Source of the DNA: an uncultured Verrucomicrobiae bacterium
GTDB taxonomy: Bacteria; Verrucomicrobiota; Verrucomicrobiia; Chthoniobacterales; Chthoniobacteraceae
Reading direction: 5' to 3'
Length of the DNA: 64,000 nt
Assembly (NCBI GenBank): GCA_963828525.1
Contig: CAWHEP010000004.1
Location: 1 to 64,000, forward strand
The position numbers and the translations under genes are program-made. This document shows, piece by piece, positions 60,515-64,000 of this stretch. How positions within the stretch are numbered: the first letter of the stretch is position 1; every line of letters starts with the position of its first letter. A model generated the notes under the pieces. It did no database searches, was not told the DNA's origin, and worked only from the letters and a program-made list of their open reading frames with translations.

Positions 60515-61579
60515 TTACCGAACTTCTGGAGAATTGCTCATTGGAATAGCGATGCCGGTCTCCACGGGGACGACGCGCACGGCCAGCGTCGCGCTCACAG
60601 CGCTCGACACCTGGCTTGTGGATATGTCCGCCATGCGTCCGCCCTTGTGTTTAGGGCTGAACTCGTCAACCGGCCCAGGGCGCCCGGGAACCAACACGGC
60701 GGCCCGATCATGTCTGGGACGCCAGTGAAAGGGATTAGTTGGCCCGAAGAGCGCGATCTGTGGTGTGCCGAAAGAAGCTGCAAGGTGCATCGCCGCCGAA
60801 TCCACGCTCAGAAAGAACCTGGCGTCGCGGATGAGCGCTGAGAGCGCGAGGAGATCAAGGGTGCCTGTGAGGTCGTGGCACGGCGTTTGCGCGGCCGCTT
60901 TGATTTTTTCGATATGATCTCGCTCTGCCGCGTCGCTTCCTCCTGTGATAACGCACGCGAATCCGGTCTCTCTCGCGCAGAACTCAATGACACGCGCCCA
61001 TCTCTTGGGAACCCAATATTTTTCCGGCCGCGCCGATCCGGGATGCACAATGAAATAAGGCCCTATGATCCCATGCGACTCCATAACCTGCCGCGCTTTC
61101 TTGCCAGCCCAGTCTGGCAGTCGCAGCGGCATCGGTTTCATCGGAGCCTTCGCATCGATCCCCACTCCGCGCAGGAGGTGCAGATAGTGATCCTCCGTAT
61201 GGCTCTCTCTCACCGGCGAATCCACAAAATGGTTGTAGAATAACGGGCGCGCCAGTGACTTCTGCACCCATTGGAACGCAATCCGGCGCTGGGATTTTGA
61301 CAGCATCGACAAAAGTGCCGATCTGTCGTTCCCGGTAAAATCAAGGCAGACATCGTAATGAGCGAAAATCATCTGTGTCCAAAGGGGGCCATTCTTCCCG
61401 TTCCGATTGTAGAGCAGTGTGGCATCGACGTAGTCAAACGCCGGCAGAAGTTCACGGCTTCCGTGCTCCACCGCCAGCGTCAGGTGCGCTCCCTTCATGT
61501 TTTCTCGGAGACAGGAAAGCGCTCGTGACGTGAGGATTAGGTCACCAATCCTTTTAAGCTGAAGCACCAGTATTTTCAT
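60515..61579 (-). CDS. GT9 LPS heptosyltransferase (RfaQ-like)
   Basis: KRIGDLIL, HPGSARPEKYW, VDSAAMHLAA, ALFGPTN. Confidence 0.9.
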   Translation of the reverse strand: MKILVLQLKRIGDLILTSRALSCLRENMKGAHLTLAVEHGSRELLPAFDYVDATLLYNRNGKNGPLWTQMIFAHYDVCLDFTGNDRSALLSMLSKSQRRIAFQWVQKSLARPLFYNHFVDSPVRESHTEDHYLHLLRGVGIDAKAPMKPMPLRLPDWAGKKARQVMESHGIIGPYFIVHPGSARPEKYWVPKRWARVIEFCARETGFACVITGGSDAAERDHIEKIKAAAQTPCHDLTGTLDLLALSALIRDARFFLSVDSAAMHLAASFGTPQIALFGPTNPFHWRPRHDRAAVLVPGRPGPVDEFSPKHKGGRMADISTSQVSSAVSATLAVRVVPVETGIAIPMSNSPEVR

Positions 61580-61652
61580 TCGACCGAGAATCTGAATAGT
61601 ATCGCGATTCGTCTTCCTGCAAGACCTTCTCTGCTTTGTCTACATTCTCAAA

Positions 61653-62750
61653 ATGAAAGTTGGCCTCGTGAGAAGAGGGTATGGCGCGACCGGCGGGGCC
61701 GAGAGCTATCTGAAGCGTTTCGCGAAGGCCCTGGTTGATTCGGGACATACGCCCTTCCTTTTCGCTTCCCGGGAGTGGGCAGGGAACTGGCCCTTCGGCG
61801 GGACATGCATCCTGCCCGGCCAGACGCCTCGCGCCTTCGCGGACGCCTTTGCTGGCTGCGACCGCAGACACGAATGCGACGTCGTTCTCAGCTTGGAGCG
61901 TGTTTGGGGTTGCGACTGCTACAGAGCGGGCGACGGAGTGCATCGAGTCTGGCTGGAGAAGCGCGCCCGCTACGAGCCTGCCTGGAAACCCTGGTTCCGG
62001 CGGCTGCGGAAGACGCACCGCGATCTTCTCGCCCTGGAAGCTACGATGCTGCGGGAGGAAAATACCCCTCTGGTGATCGTCAATTCGGAGATGGTGAAGA
62101 AAGAGATCGCGCAATGTTTCGGCTACCCGCTCGCCCGCATCCATACTGTATACAACGGAGTCCCGGCGCGCGGCGCCCCTTCCGAGGACCGCGCCGCGGT
62201 TCGCGAGCGGCTTGGCCTCACGGACAGCGAGTTCACAATCCTCTTTGCCGGTTCCGGCTGGGAGCGAAAGGGACTTCGCTTTGCGATCAGGGCGATGGAC
62301 GCGCTACACGGTAATGCCGTTCTTGTGGTCGCCGGGAGAGGCGACCCCGGAGCTTTTCCAGCTTCCAGGCGAACCCGCTTTCTCGGACCCGTATCAGACA
62401 TCCGCAACTACCTCGCTGCGGCTGACATCTTTCTCTTGCCCACGCTTTATGACCCGTTTTCCAATGCGTGCCTGGAGGCTCTCGCAGCCGGCCTCCCTGT
62501 GATTACGACCAGCGCCAACGGATTCGCCGAAGTGATCGAGGCTGGCGTAGAGGGAGAAGTTCTTCAGGATCCTTCAGATTCGCGGGCCATGGCAGAGGCC
62601 ATCTGGGGCTGGCGCGATCCGGAACGACGAAACGCGGTTCAGCCTCGGCTGGCGGGCATTGCTCGCGCGCTGACGGTTGAAGCTAACATGAATGCCACGC
62701 TCGCACTGCTTGAGGGATGCCGGGCGTCTCAAGAAGGACGCGCCGTCTGA
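61653..62750 (+). CDS. GT4 glycosyltransferase (RfaG/WaaG-like)
   Basis: GGAESY, YRAGDGVH, FAGSGWERKG, PTLYDPFSNACLEA. Confidence 0.9.
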   Translation: MKVGLVRRGYGATGGAESYLKRFAKALVDSGHTPFLFASREWAGNWPFGGTCILPGQTPRAFADAFAGCDRRHECDVVLSLERVWGCDCYRAGDGVHRVWLEKRARYEPAWKPWFRRLRKTHRDLLALEATMLREENTPLVIVNSEMVKKEIAQCFGYPLARIHTVYNGVPARGAPSEDRAAVRERLGLTDSEFTILFAGSGWERKGLRFAIRAMDALHGNAVLVVAGRGDPGAFPASRRTRFLGPVSDIRNYLAAADIFLLPTLYDPFSNACLEALAAGLPVITTSANGFAEVIEAGVEGEVLQDPSDSRAMAEAIWGWRDPERRNAVQPRLAGIARALTVEANMNATLALLEGCRASQEGRAV

Positions 62751-62977
62751 GAAGTGGCGAAGACCGGCTTCCCATCGATCATTGTGGGCGCGAAGGCGAT
62801 CTTCCGCACTGGCTTCGAACGCTGCGCGGCCCCTTCCACGGAGGTATTGGATTTTTGAGGGGAATTACAGTTACGTCCGATTTTCATGGTTCAAAGTTCA
62901 GCAGTATCTGTGCCGATGTCTTTTCCGCAAGACATTGTTGACTTCCCGCTCCCAACGTTAACGGTAGCAGGCGCGAA

Positions 62978-63816
62978 ATGGAGAAGAGACCCAAGATTTT
63001 CATAGCCTACTGCTACCCGGACAAAAAGTGGCAGGAGAGGGTGCAGAGCGCGATCGCATCCCTATGCTGGGAGGACTTCATCGTTTGGGATGAGAGAAAG
63101 CTGCGCGCGGGTTCCGTTTGGCGGACGGACTTCGAGAAAGCCGTTGCCGATAGCAAGCTTGCCGTCCTCTTTGTCAGCGATCTTTTTCTGGATTCGGAAT
63201 TGGTGACTCGGGCGCGTCTGCCCGACATGCTGCGCGAGGCGCACGAAAATGGCAGGCTTCGCCTCTCGTGGATTCTTGTGAGCCACTGTCTATATGACTC
63301 CGCGGCCCTTGATCCCGCTCTTGCCGCAAACGACCTGTCCGAACCGCTGGACGGCGTAAGTGTGTCGCGACGGGAAGCCGTGATCGGAAAAATCGCGGCT
63401 GCGATCAAGGCGCTTGCCGAGGGGAAGATCCCATTGTCGCTGTTCCTCACGAAAGCACGGAGCCCGCGGAGGCGGTCGAAGTCCTGCAGCTCGGCGAGTT
63501 GATTCGCGTCCGCGCCGGAACGGTCGCGCAATTGCGCCGTCTCGTGCGCTGGCTTTTTTCAGGCGCGATTATCACGGCTCTCATTTCGCTGCCTGCCGCT
63601 TTGTGGAGAGGAACTCCTTTTTTACTGCCGCTATTTCTGGGGTTTGGAGTCGTGGTCGCCGCGCTGGCCGCCTCGCTCCGCGCCCGCGCGGATCTGATTG
63701 CCCAGAGCGTCGTCTCTGTGCGTTATATACGGACAGGACTGCGAGATGAGGCGCTCCCGGGGCGTCAGCGCACAGCTTACAAGGAACGCGCGGAGCAACT
63801 CCTGGGCGGCGCCTGA
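62978..63816 (+). CDS. TIR-domain protein with two C-terminal TM helices (one gene if a missing G at about 63421-63424 is restored)
   Basis: KIFIAYCYPD...VWDE...AG..W...LFVSDLFLDS TIR pattern; the alternative frame after the G-run (EDPIVAVPHES...LGELIRVR) is open into ORF 63499-63816. Confidence 0.75.
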
Positions 63817-63824
63817 ATAACAAA

Positions 63825-64000
63825 ATGGCCGTGCAACCGACTCTCAATTCCGACCTAGAGCAAGCGATCTACCGCGCCGCCCTCAAGGAAAAGCGACTGC
63901 GCCGCAAAGCGCTCCTTTCCGTGTTTCTGCCAGTCCTTGCCGGTCTTGCCTGGCTGGGTTTCTCCGGTTATCAGGTGGATACCTGGAGAAAGCGGGCAGT
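63825..64000 (+). CDS. Partial membrane-anchored protein (runs off the window)
   Basis: MAVQPTLNSDLEQAIY...ALLSVFLPVLAGLAWLGFSGY, open to the window end. Confidence 0.6.
   Translation, partial: MAVQPTLNSDLEQAIYRAALKEKRLRRKALLSVFLPVLAGLAWLGFSGYQVDTWRKRA

Noticed and set aside
62729..62887. Small minus-strand ORF (MKIGRNCNSPQ...) divergent from the TIR gene
   Set aside because: About 50 codons, overlaps the GT4 3' end and has no motif support.

Overview
GC-rich bacterial chromosome segment, probably Verrucomicrobiota (Chthoniobacterales/Spartobacteria-like). This is inferred from the PEP-CTERM passenger-repeat proteins, the two-domain NDK and the TPR-ExbB-ExbD-ExbD operon. Single-base indels are frequent even in core genes (accA, panB, folK, dapB), so most frameshifts are probably assembly errors. 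(1) 1-15.1 kb is accessory: three large PEP-CTERM-anchored beta-strand-repeat surface proteins that are mosaics of one another. They are interleaved with a REP-associated tyrosine transposase (RAYT), about 7 copies of a double-hairpin REP, three further palindrome/inverted-repeat families, and two repeat-bounded toxin-antitoxin cassettes whose toxins are cut exactly at a repeat. (2) 15.2-22.7 kb: envelope and housekeeping genes, plus a Pro-rich membrane protein with repeated TxxI motifs. (3) 22.9-29.0 kb: four-gene putative cyclic-nucleotide-gated transmembrane redox operon (tetraheme cytochrome c, 2xcNMP-4x[4Fe-4S] protein, diheme-b-like membrane protein, decaheme cytochrome c). (4) 29-64 kb: rnhA, TPR/ExbBD operon, xth, tRNA-Gln, a two-component pair, accA, panB-folK-dapBAF, rnpB, modB, rhaT, an ABC operon, LPS glycosyltransferases and a TIR-TM gene. 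Several enzyme-family members there appear to lack catalytic residues. All calls come from reading motifs by eye; no database searches were run.
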